From the NCBI RefSeq assembly GCF_900157385.1, contig NZ_LT717700.1:673818-705817 (forward strand): DNA of 32,000 nucleotides, written 5' to 3'. The position numbers were made by a program, and so were the translations under genes. The DNA comes from Mycobacterium terramassiliense (lineage in GTDB: Bacteria; Actinomycetota; Actinomycetes; Mycobacteriales; Mycobacteriaceae). The notes under the pieces are model-generated. The model saw only the letters and a program-made list of their open reading frames with translations, was not told the origin of the DNA and searched no databases. This document shows positions 1 through 10,262 of the stretch, piece by piece (the stretch's first letter is position 1; every line of letters begins with the position of its first letter).

Positions 1-830
<830 letters not shown>

Positions 831-853
831 CTATTTGATGCCGCTGTGTTGTC

Positions 854-900
854 CCGCGGCGACCCGCTGCGCCCGGCTTCGCCGCGCTTGCGATCCCCGC
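854..900 (-). repeat. 47-bp GC-rich intergenic repeat, copy A (rpsD-rpoA spacer)
   Basis: ccgcggcgacccgctgcgcccggcttcgccgcgcttgcgatccccgc matches 2521-2567 at 44 of 47 positions. It contains an internal inverted repeat cgcggcga (855-862) / tcgccgcg (879-886). Confidence 0.8.
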
Positions 901-931
901 AGACCTGCGCTGGGTCCAGCGCAGGGGGTCT
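901..931 (-). promoter_or_regulatory. GC-rich hairpin immediately 3' of the rpsD stop codon (possible attenuator, processing or stabilising stem-loop)
   Basis: cctgcgctgg (904-913) and ccagcgcagg (916-925) are perfect reverse complements. The flanks agacc/ggtct extend the stem with a 3-nt bulge. The structure starts 1 nt after the rpsD stop (932-934). Confidence 0.5.
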
Positions 932-1537
932 TTACTTCGAGTAGTACTCGACGATCAGCTGCTCGGTGAGCGGCACGTCGATCTGCGTGCGCTCGGGCAG
1001 TTGGTGGATGAGGATGCGCTGGCGCTCCCCCACGACCTGCAGCCAGCTCGGGATCGGGCGGTCGCCCGCGGTCTCCCGCGCGATCTGGAACGGCACCGTG
1101 TTCAGCGAGCCGTCCCGCACGTCGATGATGTCGTACTGCGACACCCGGTAGCTGGGGACGTCCACCTTCACGCCGTTGACGCTGAAGTGGCCGTGGCTCA
1201 CCAGCTGGCGGGCCATCCGCCGGGTACGCGCCAGGCCGGCGCGGTAGACGACGTTGTCCAGCCGGCTCTCAAGGATGCGCAGCAGTTCCTCACCGGTCTT
1301 GCCGGGCTGGCGCACGGCCTCTTCGTAGTAGCGGCGGAACTGCTTTTCCATCACGCCGTAGGTGAAGCGGGCCTTCTGCTTCTCCTGCAGCTGCAGCAGG
1401 TACTCGCTCTCCTTGATCCGCGCGCGGCCGTGCTGGCCGGGCGGGTAGGGGCGCTTCTCGAACGCCTGGTCGCCGCCGACGAGGTCGGTGCGCAGCCGGC
1501 GCGATTTGCGGGTGATGGGTCCGGTGTAACGAGCCAT
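932..1537 (-). CDS. rpsD: 30S ribosomal protein S4
   Basis: ORF 932..1579 contains MARYTGPITRKSRRLRTDLVGGDQAFEKRPYPPGQHGRARIKESEYLLQLQEKQKARF..., full-length S4 of 201 aa. The start was moved to the internal ATG at 1537, which gives the canonical MARYTGP N-terminus. Confidence 0.95.
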   Translation of the reverse strand: MARYTGPITRKSRRLRTDLVGGDQAFEKRPYPPGQHGRARIKESEYLLQLQEKQKARFTYGVMEKQFRRYYEEAVRQPGKTGEELLRILESRLDNVVYRAGLARTRRMARQLVSHGHFSVNGVKVDVPSYRVSQYDIIDVRDGSLNTVPFQIARETAGDRPIPSWLQVVGERQRILIHQLPERTQIDVPLTEQLIVEYYSK

Positions 1538-1548
1538 GATCTTTCTCC

Positions 1549-1971
1549 CTAGACCCTTCTGCGCTTCGGCGGACGGCATCCGTTGTGCGGCTGCGGGGTG
1601 ACGTCGGAGATCGCGCCGACCTCCAGGCCCGCCGCCTGCAGCGACCGGATCGCGGTCTCGCGGCCCGAGCCCGGGCCCTTCACGAACACGTCGACCTTGC
1701 GCACGCCGTGCTCCTGGGCCTTGCGCGCGGCGTTCTCCGCGGCCAGCTGGGCGGCGAACGGGGTCGACTTGCGCGAGCCCTTGAAGCCGACGTGGCCCGA
1801 CGACGCCCAGGCGATGACGTTGCCCTGCGGGTCGGTGATCGTCACGATCGTGTTGTTGAACGTGCTCTTGATGTGCGCGGCGCCGTGCGGAATATTCTTC
1901 TTTTCCCGCTTCCGGGTCTTGTGCTGCCCCTTCTTAGCGGAGCTTGCCTGCGCTTTCTTTGCTGGTGGCAT
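1549..1971 (-). CDS. rpsK: 30S ribosomal protein S11
   Basis: The 140-aa ORF includes ...[50 protein letters not shown]...[11 protein letters not shown], a typical S11 with the basic N-terminal extension seen in actinobacteria. Confidence 0.95.
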   Translation of the reverse strand: MPPAKKAQASSAKKGQHKTRKREKKNIPHGAAHIKSTFNNTIVTITDPQGNVIAWASSGHVGFKGSRKSTPFAAQLAAENAARKAQEHGVRKVDVFVKGPGSGRETAIRSLQAAGLEVGAISDVTPQPHNGCRPPKRRRV

Positions 1972-1977
1972 CCGGTT

Positions 1978-2352
1978 TTACCTGGCCTTCTTCTTGCCCG
2001 CGATGGTGCGCTTCGGGCCCTTGCGGGTGCGCGCATTGGTCTTGGTCCGCTGGCCGCGCACCGGCAGGCCGCGGCGGTGCCGCAGGCCCTGGTAGCAGCC
2101 GATCTCGATCTTGCGGCGGATGTCGGCCTGCACCTCCCGGCGCAGGTCACCCTCCACCTTGAGGTTCGCCTCGATGTAGTCACGCAGGTGGGTCACCTGG
2201 TCATCGGTGAGGTCCCGGGTGCGCAGGTCCTTGTCGATGCCGGTGGCGGCCAGGATTTCGTTGGCGCGGGTTCGCCCGACGCCGAAGATGTACGTCAACG
2301 CGATCTCCATCCGCTTGTCGCGCGGGAGATCGACGCCTACTAGTCGAGCCAT
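1978..2352 (-). CDS. rpsM: 30S ribosomal protein S13
   Basis: The 124-aa ORF reads [53 protein letters not shown]... Confidence 0.95.
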   Translation of the reverse strand: MARLVGVDLPRDKRMEIALTYIFGVGRTRANEILAATGIDKDLRTRDLTDDQVTHLRDYIEANLKVEGDLRREVQADIRRKIEIGCYQGLRHRRGLPVRGQRTKTNARTRKGPKRTIAGKKKAR

Positions 2353-2520
2353 AGGTGGCGTTTCCTCTTTTTCTAGGCGGAGGTCTTATCCCAGTCCGTT
2401 CCCGCCCCAGGTTTGAGGTGGGGCCCGGCCTCCGTCCGGGCGTGGATGAACGGCGTATCCGTTCAGTGGTGCTGGGAGGTCAGCATTCAGTTGTGTTGGG
2501 GCGGCGCCTTGCTCACTACA

Positions 2521-2567
2521 CCGCGGCGACCCGCTTCGCCCGGCTACGCCGCGCTTGCGATCGCCGC
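2521..2567 (-). repeat. 47-bp GC-rich intergenic repeat, copy B (abuts the rpmJ stop codon)
   Basis: ccgcggcgacccgcttcgcccggctacgccgcgcttgcgatcgccgc differs from copy A at element positions 16, 26 and 43. Its last base is the first base of the complement of the rpmJ TAG. Confidence 0.8.
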
Positions 2568-2680
2568 TAGCCCTGCCGCTGCTTGTGGCGCGGATCGGAG
2601 CAGATCACCATGACCCGCCCATGCCGACGGATCACCCTGCACTTGTCACAGATTGGCTTGACGCTGGGGTTCACCTTCAC
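2567..2680 (-). CDS. rpmJ: 50S ribosomal protein L36
   Basis: This gene is not in the ORF track because it is too short. Reverse-strand translation from GTG (complement of cac 2678-2680) gives [37 protein letters not shown] followed by TAG, 37 aa in total. Confidence 0.9.
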
Positions 2681-2728
2681 GGCTGGTCGATCCTGTTCTG
2701 TCTTCTCGTCGGTGGTGGTTCGGGCTTG

Positions 2729-2950
2729 TCACTTGTACCGGTACACGATGCGGCCCCGGGACAGGTCGTAGGGAGACAACTCCACCACCACCCGGTCCTC
2801 GGGAAGGATGCGGATGTAGTGCTGCCGCATCTTGCCGCTGATGTGGGCGAGCACCTTGTGACCGTTCTCCAGCTCAATGCGGAACATCGCATTGGGCAGG
2901 GGCTCGACCACGCGGCCCTCGACCTCGATGGCACCGTCCTTCTTGGCCAT
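2729..2950 (-). CDS. infA: translation initiation factor IF-1
   Basis: ORF 2729..2962 contains [73 protein letters not shown] (73 aa). The start is placed at the MAKKDG methionine. Confidence 0.95.
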
Positions 2951-3200
2951 ACTTGTCAGCAATCCTCGTCATTCGTTTCGTTCGCGTAAGCGCCCGGATC
3001 GGCGCGACGTATGCACCGACTTCGAACGTGAGCCGGTGACAGGAAATTCCTAGGGACTGGGCACGCAAAAAGTCGGCGCGAAACCGCACCGTTCCCTAAC
3101 GATACCTGGTCATCGGCCCCGGCCAAAATCGCTGCGAGAGGAATCCGGCCGGCCTTCTCGACCCACCGCACGGCGCCTGACAAGCGCATACTTAACGCCG

Positions 3201-4895
3201 ATGACAAATCCTCGAGACCCTGCGCAGCCGTCGGCCGCCACCGGGCAACCGCGCAAGCCCGTCCTGCTGACCGTCGACGACGATCCCTCGGTCTCGCGCG
3301 CGGTGGCCCGGGACCTGCGCCGCCAGTACGGCGACCGGCACCGCATCGTGCGCGCCGAGTCGGGCTCCGACGCCCTGGAGACGCTCAAGGAGCTCAAACT
3401 GCGGGGCGAGACCGTCGCGGTGCTCATCGCCGACTACCGAATGCCGCAGATGAGCGGGATCGAGTTCCTCGAGCAGGCGATGGACCTCTACCCGGCGGCG
3501 CGGCGCGTCCTGCTGACCGCCTACGCCGACACCCATGCGGCCATCGACGCGATCAACGTCGTCGACCTCGACCACTACCTGCTCAAGCCGTGGGACCCGC
3601 CGCAGGAAAAGTTCTACCCCGTCGTCGACGGGCTGCTGGACGCCTGGCGGGCGGCGCCGGAGCATCCCATCCCGCACACCAAGGTGATCGGGCACCGCTG
3701 GTCGGAGCGGTCCTGGCAGGTGCGCGACTTCCTGGCCCGCAACGGCCTGCACTACTCGTGGTTCATGGCCGACGACCCCGACGGCGAGCGGTTGCTGAAG
3801 GCCGCCGGCGCGGATTGCCTGCGGCTGCCCGTCGTCGTCACCGAACGCGGCGACACCCTCGTCGAACCCACCGACGCGCAGCTGGCCGACACGCTGGGCC
3901 TCACCACCACGCCGTCGCAGGCGTTCTATGACCTGATCGTCATCGGCGGCGGGCCCGCGGGCCTGGCCGCCGCCGTCTACGGTGCGTCGGAGGGGCTGCG
4001 CACGGTCCTGATCGAGCGCACCGCGACGGGCGGTCAGGCCGGCCAGAGCTCGCGGATCGAGAACTACCTCGGCTTTCCCGACGGGGTGTCGGGCGGCCAG
4101 CTGGCCGAACGCGCGCGCAGGCAGGCCGAGAAGTTCGGCGCGGAGCTGATCACCGCCCGCGCCGCCACCGCGCTGGAGGTCAACGGTTCCAAGCGCACGG
4201 TGCGGTTCGCCGACGGTGGCTCGATCGATGCGCACTCCGTCATCCTGGCCACCGGCGTCGCGTACCGGCAGCTGTCGGCCCAGGGATGCACCGAGCTGAC
4301 CGGCCGGGGCGTCTACTACGGGGCGGCCGTTTCCATCGCGACGGAGTGCGCCGGCGAGGAGGTGTACGTGATCGGCGGGGCCAACTCCGCCGGGCAGGCC
4401 GCGATGTATCTGTCCCGCGAGGCGAAATCCGTGACGATCGCCGTGCGCGCCGCGTCCCTGGAGTCGTCGATGTCCTACTACCTGATCGAGCAGATCAGGC
4501 AGCGGCCCAACATCACCGTGCGCACCTGCACCGAGGTGCAGCGCGCCGTCGGCAACGACCATCTGGAAAGGCTGACCCTGGTCGACAACCGGACCGGCGA
4601 CACCGAGGACGTCACCTGCGCCCGGATGTTCATCTTCATCGGCGCCGCCCCGCGCACCGAGTGGCTGGACGGGGTGGTCGCCCGCGACGACCGCGGCTTC
4701 ATCCTCACCGGACCGGACCTGCGCAACGTGTGCGGCTGGACGTTGGACCGCCCGCCGCACCACCTGGAGACCAGCGTGCCGGGCGTGTTCGCCACCGGCG
4801 ACGTGCGCGCCGAGTCCGCCAAACGCGTCGCGGCAGCCGTCGGCGAGGGGTCGATGGCCGTGATGCTGGTGCACCGCTACCTCGCCGAAGCATGA
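3201..4895 (+). CDS. fused response-regulator receiver / glutaredoxin-like linker / thioredoxin-reductase-like FAD-NAD(P) oxidoreductase
   Basis: The protein is 564 aa. The receiver motifs are LLTVDDDPS, the acceptor Asp in VLIADYRMP (gac 3432-3434), LLTAYAD and LLKPW. The C-terminal half carries DLIVIGGGPAGLAAAVYG (FAD), VYVIGGANSAGQAAMYL (NAD(P)H) and VFATGDVR, as in TrxR-family flavoenzymes. Confidence 0.85.
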   Translation: MTNPRDPAQPSAATGQPRKPVLLTVDDDPSVSRAVARDLRRQYGDRHRIVRAESGSDALETLKELKLRGETVAVLIADYRMPQMSGIEFLEQAMDLYPAARRVLLTAYADTHAAIDAINVVDLDHYLLKPWDPPQEKFYPVVDGLLDAWRAAPEHPIPHTKVIGHRWSERSWQVRDFLARNGLHYSWFMADDPDGERLLKAAGADCLRLPVVVTERGDTLVEPTDAQLADTLGLTTTPSQAFYDLIVIGGGPAGLAAAVYGASEGLRTVLIERTATGGQAGQSSRIENYLGFPDGVSGGQLAERARRQAEKFGAELITARAATALEVNGSKRTVRFADGGSIDAHSVILATGVAYRQLSAQGCTELTGRGVYYGAAVSIATECAGEEVYVIGGANSAGQAAMYLSREAKSVTIAVRAASLESSMSYYLIEQIRQRPNITVRTCTEVQRAVGNDHLERLTLVDNRTGDTEDVTCARMFIFIGAAPRTEWLDGVVARDDRGFILTGPDLRNVCGWTLDRPPHHLETSVPGVFATGDVRAESAKRVAAAVGEGSMAVMLVHRYLAEA

Positions 4896-6379
4896 CCGCC
4901 AAGACGCCCTGCCGGCCCGACGAACTGCGCAGCCTGTTCCTGTTCGAGGCCCTGACCGACGAACAGCTGGCGACGCTGTGCGCCGACGGGCAAATCCAGG
5001 AGTACGAACCCGGCCCGATCTGCGTCGAGGGCGAACCCGCGACGTGCTTCTACGTCCTCATCGAGGGCGAGCTGGTGATGTCGAAGCTCTCCGGCGGGCA
5101 GGACATCGAGACCAACCGCACGTCGCAGCGCGGGGTGTACTGCGGCGCCTGGCAGGCGTTCACCGGCGAGCAGCAGCAGGCCTACAGCACCTCGGTGCGG
5201 GTGACCAAGCCGTCGCGGTTCTTCGTGCTGGACGCGCCCGCGTTCGCCCGCTTCATGCAGGACCAGTTCCCGATGGCGGTCCACCTGCTCGACGGGATCG
5301 CCGTGGGCACCGAGCGGACCCGGCGGATCATCGACAACCGGGAGAAGCTGCTGGCCCTGGGCCAGTTGTCGGCCGGGTTGACCCACCAACTGAACAACCC
5401 CGCCGCGGCCACCGTCCGGGCCGCCGCCGAGCTGCGCGAGCGGGTCGCCGGAATGCGCCAGAAACTGGCGATGCTCGCCGACGGGACCGTCACGCCCGAG
5501 GCGCTGCGCGCCCTGGTGCGGCTGCAGGAGGAGGTGGCGGCCCAGGTCGCCAAGTCGGCGTCGGCGAACCTGTCGGCGATCGAGACCGCCGACCTCGAGG
5601 ACGCCGTCGGCGAATGGCTCGACGAGCACGGCGTCGAGGGCGGTTGGGACATCGCCCCGACCTTCGTCGAGGGCGGCATCGACACCGCGTGGCTGGAGAG
5701 GATCGCCGCGACGACCGACGAACTCGACGCGTCGACCTCGCTGGAAAAGGCGATCCGCTGGCTCACCTACACCGTCGAGGGCGAGCTGCTGCTGAACCAG
5801 CTCCTGGAGGCGAGCAAGCGAATCTCGGCGCTGGTCGCCGACGCCAAGCAGTACTCGCAGATGGACCGGGCGCCGTTCCAGGTGGCCGACGTCCACGAAC
5901 TGCTGCGCAGCACGCTGACGATGTTCGCCGACCGGCTGGGCAAGGACGCCACGAAGGACGCGCCCGCGATCACGGTGGTCAAGGACTTCGACAAGTCCCT
6001 TCCCGAACTCCCTTGCTACCCAGGCGATCTCAACCAGGTGTGGACCAACATCATCGACAACGCCCTCGCCGCGATGCGCGACGGGGGCGGCACGCTGACC
6101 ATCCGCACCTGCCGGGAAGGCGAGAAGATGGCGCGGGTCGAGATCCGCGACACCGGACCGGGGATCCCCGACGACGTGCGCGAGCGGATATTCGAGCCGT
6201 TCTTCACCACCAAGCCGGTCGGCGAGGGGACGGGGCTGGGGCTGGACCTGGCGTGGAACATCGTCGTCAAGAAGCATCGCGGGGACCTGCGGGTCGAATC
6301 CGTACCCGGCGACACCCGGTTCATCGTCCTGCTGCCGCTCGAGCTCCCGCCCGCCGTCGACGTGAGTTTTCCGGAATAG
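4892..6379 (+). CDS. sensor histidine kinase with an N-terminal cyclic-nucleotide-binding-like domain
   Basis: The start ATG at 4892 overlaps the upstream TGA (ATGA, 4892-4895). The N-terminus LFLFEALTDEQLATLCADGQIQEYEPGPICVEGEPATCFYVLIEGELVM resembles a CAP/cNMP-binding beta-roll. The H-box is LSAGLTHQLNNP (His codon 5384-5386), the N-box is WTNIIDNALAAM, G1 is IRDTGPGIP, the F-box is FEPFFTTK and G2 is GTGLGLD. The 5' part of track ORF 4286..6379 is an out-of-context extension. Confidence 0.85.
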   Translation: MTAKTPCRPDELRSLFLFEALTDEQLATLCADGQIQEYEPGPICVEGEPATCFYVLIEGELVMSKLSGGQDIETNRTSQRGVYCGAWQAFTGEQQQAYSTSVRVTKPSRFFVLDAPAFARFMQDQFPMAVHLLDGIAVGTERTRRIIDNREKLLALGQLSAGLTHQLNNPAAATVRAAAELRERVAGMRQKLAMLADGTVTPEALRALVRLQEEVAAQVAKSASANLSAIETADLEDAVGEWLDEHGVEGGWDIAPTFVEGGIDTAWLERIAATTDELDASTSLEKAIRWLTYTVEGELLLNQLLEASKRISALVADAKQYSQMDRAPFQVADVHELLRSTLTMFADRLGKDATKDAPAITVVKDFDKSLPELPCYPGDLNQVWTNIIDNALAAMRDGGGTLTIRTCREGEKMARVEIRDTGPGIPDDVRERIFEPFFTTKPVGEGTGLGLDLAWNIVVKKHRGDLRVESVPGDTRFIVLLPLELPPAVDVSFPE

Positions 6380-6408
6380 CCGCCCCGCGCGGCCGGTTGG
6401 GAACAACC

Positions 6409-7254
6409 ATGACCGCCTCTGACGCAAGCAAACCCAACCTCGGCCGGTTCGGATCGTTCGGACGCGGCGTGACGCCCCAGCAAGCCAAAGAGATCGAATC
6501 CGTGGGTTACGGGGCCGTCTGGGTGGGCGGTTCCCCGCCCGCCGAGCTGGCCTGGGTGGAGCCCCTGCTCGAGGCCACCACCACGTTGCAGGTGGCCACC
6601 GGCATCGTGAACATCTGGACCGCGGCCGCCGGGCCGGTGGCCGAGTCGTTCCACCGCATCGACAAGGCCTACCCCGGCCGCTTCCTGTTGGGCATCGGCG
6701 TCGGCCATCCGGAGGCGCACACCGAGTACCGCAAGCCCTACGACGCGCTCGTGGGATATCTGAACCAGCTCGACGAGTACGGCGTGCCGGCGAACCGGCG
6801 CGTCGTGGCGGCCCTGGGCCCCCGGGTGCTGAAGCTGTCGGCCGAACGCGCCGCCGGCGCGCACCCCTACCTGACCACTCCCGAGCACACCGCGCAGGCC
6901 CGCGAGCTGATCGGCCCGTCGGCGTTCCTGGCGCCCGAACACAAGGTGGTGCTGACCACCGACGCGGAACAGGCCCGGGCGGTGGGCCGCAAGGCGCTCG
7001 ACATCTACTTCAACCTGGCCAATTACCGCAACAACTGGAAGCGGCTGGGCTACTCCGAGGAGGAGGTCGTGCGCCCGGGCAGCGACCGCCTGGTCGACTC
7101 GGTGGTGGCCTACGGCACGCCCGAGCAGATCGCCGCGCGGCTCAACGAGCACCTCGACGCGGGCGCCGACCACGTGCCCGTGCAGGTCCTCACCAAGGAT
7201 GAAAACCTGGTGTCGGCGCTGGCCGAATTGGCGGGGCCGCTCGGACTGAACTGA
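6409..7254 (+). CDS. luciferase-like (LLM) family oxidoreductase, probably F420-dependent (Rv3463-like)
   Basis: The 281-aa protein starts at ATG 6409, in the same frame as track ORF 4978..7254. It contains GYGAVWVGGSPP...LQVATGIVNIWTA...GRFLLGIGVGH...GAHPYLTTPEHT...VVAYGTPEQIAARLNEHLDAGADHV. It lies next to rmlB-rmlC, as Rv3463 does in M. tuberculosis. Confidence 0.8.
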   Translation: MTASDASKPNLGRFGSFGRGVTPQQAKEIESVGYGAVWVGGSPPAELAWVEPLLEATTTLQVATGIVNIWTAAAGPVAESFHRIDKAYPGRFLLGIGVGHPEAHTEYRKPYDALVGYLNQLDEYGVPANRRVVAALGPRVLKLSAERAAGAHPYLTTPEHTAQARELIGPSAFLAPEHKVVLTTDAEQARAVGRKALDIYFNLANYRNNWKRLGYSEEEVVRPGSDRLVDSVVAYGTPEQIAARLNEHLDAGADHVPVQVLTKDENLVSALAELAGPLGLN

Positions 7255-7275
7255 CCGACTTCGAGGGGGACACCA

Positions 7276-9166
<1,891 letters not shown>

Positions 9167-9167
9167 C

Positions 9168-9776
9168 ATGGCGGCGCGCGAGCTCAAAGTCAAAGGCGCC
9201 TGGGAGATCACCCCCACCATCCACGGCGATTCCCGTGGCATGTTCTTCGAATGGCTGACCGACCGCGCGTTCACCGAGTTCGCCGGCCATCGGCTACACG
9301 TCCGGCAGGCCAACTGTTCGGTGTCCGCGGCCGGCGTGCTGCGTGGCGTGCACTTCGCACAGGTGCCCCCGAGCCAGGCGAAATACGTGACCTGCGTGTC
9401 CGGTTCGGTCTTTGACGTCGTCGTCGACACCCGGGTCGGCTCCCCGACTTTCGGCCAGTGGGACTCCGTCCTGCTCGACGACAAGGACCGCCGGACGATC
9501 TACATCTCCGAGGGCCTGGGGCACGGGTTCCTTGCGCTGCAAGATAATTCGACGATCATGTACCTGTGTTCGTCGGAATACAACCCGCAGCGCGAGCACA
9601 CCATCTGCGCCACGGACCCGGAGCTGGCGATCGACTGGCCGCTGGTCGGCGGCGCCACCCCCACGCTGTCCGACCGCGACGCCGCGGCGCCCAGCTTCGA
9701 GGAGGTGCGCGCCTCCGGCCTCCTGCCCACCTGGGAGGAGACGCAGCGCTTCGTCGCCGGGCTGCGCGATACGTGA
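9168..9776 (+). CDS. rmlC: dTDP-4-dehydrorhamnose 3,5-epimerase
   Basis: The sequence MAARELKVKGAWEITPTIHGDSRGMFFEWLTDRAFTEFAGHRLHVRQANCSVSAAGVLRGVHFAQVPPSQAKYVTCVSGSVFDVVVD... closely resembles mycobacterial RmlC. The start lies 1 nt after the rmlB stop. Confidence 0.93.
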   Translation: MAARELKVKGAWEITPTIHGDSRGMFFEWLTDRAFTEFAGHRLHVRQANCSVSAAGVLRGVHFAQVPPSQAKYVTCVSGSVFDVVVDTRVGSPTFGQWDSVLLDDKDRRTIYISEGLGHGFLALQDNSTIMYLCSSEYNPQREHTICATDPELAIDWPLVGGATPTLSDRDAAAPSFEEVRASGLLPTWEETQRFVAGLRDT

Positions 9777-9783
9777 GCGATCG

Positions 9784-10245
9784 ATGAGACGCGGGGTGCT
9801 GATCGCCATCGCGACCGCGGCCGTCGCCACGGGCCTGGGCGGCTGCGCCAAGGGCGACAACGCTTCGAGCGCAACATCTTCCAGCGCGACCCCATCCGGC
9901 ACTGCCGCCGCGGCCGGGCCGGTGCGGGTCACCATCGGCGGCCAGCCCCACAACGTCAGCGGCCCGGTGGTGTGCGGCACGAACAACGGCAAGTTCTCTA
10001 TCGCGGTCGGAGACATGGCCACCGGCATCATCGTCGGGCTCGAGCCCGACGCGTCGGTGGTGCACGGCGCGGGGCTCGGCACCGTCGACGGGGTGGTCAT
10101 GAGCTTTACCGAGGGGGTGCCCGGCGAAAACGCCACCGCCACCAAGACGGGCAGCACCTACAAGATCACCGGCACGGCCAGCGGCACCGACAACGCCGGG
10201 GCCCAGGTGCACAAGCCTTTCGAAGTCAACGTCACCTGCCCGTAG
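9784..10245 (+). CDS. LpqH-like (19-kDa antigen family) lipoprotein
   Basis: The 153-aa protein has the signal peptide MRRGVLIAIATAAVATGLGGC with a lipobox (LGGC), then a Ser/Thr/Ala-rich linker. The domain ...VTIGGQPHNVSGPVVCGTNNGKFSIAVGD...YKITGTASG...FEVNVTCP is typical of the LpqH family. Confidence 0.75.
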   Translation: MRRGVLIAIATAAVATGLGGCAKGDNASSATSSSATPSGTAAAAGPVRVTIGGQPHNVSGPVVCGTNNGKFSIAVGDMATGIIVGLEPDASVVHGAGLGTVDGVVMSFTEGVPGENATATKTGSTYKITGTASGTDNAGAQVHKPFEVNVTCP

Positions 10246-10262
10246 CCGAGTATCCTTCGCCC

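Noticed and set aside
3192-4874. A 560-aa ORF on the minus strand, antisense to the receiver-TrxR gene.
   Set aside because: Its translation is Arg/Gly/Ala/Pro/His-rich low-complexity sequence with no motifs. This is typical of spurious antisense ORFs in very GC-rich DNA, and the plus-strand frame has clear domain motifs.
4286-4891. The 5' extension of track ORF 4286..6379, and similarly 4978..6408 of ORF 4978..7254.
   Set aside because: These extensions lie out of frame within the preceding real genes and translate to Arg/Pro-rich nonsense. The real starts are the ATGs at 4892 and 6409, supported by an ATGA overlap and recognisable N-termini.
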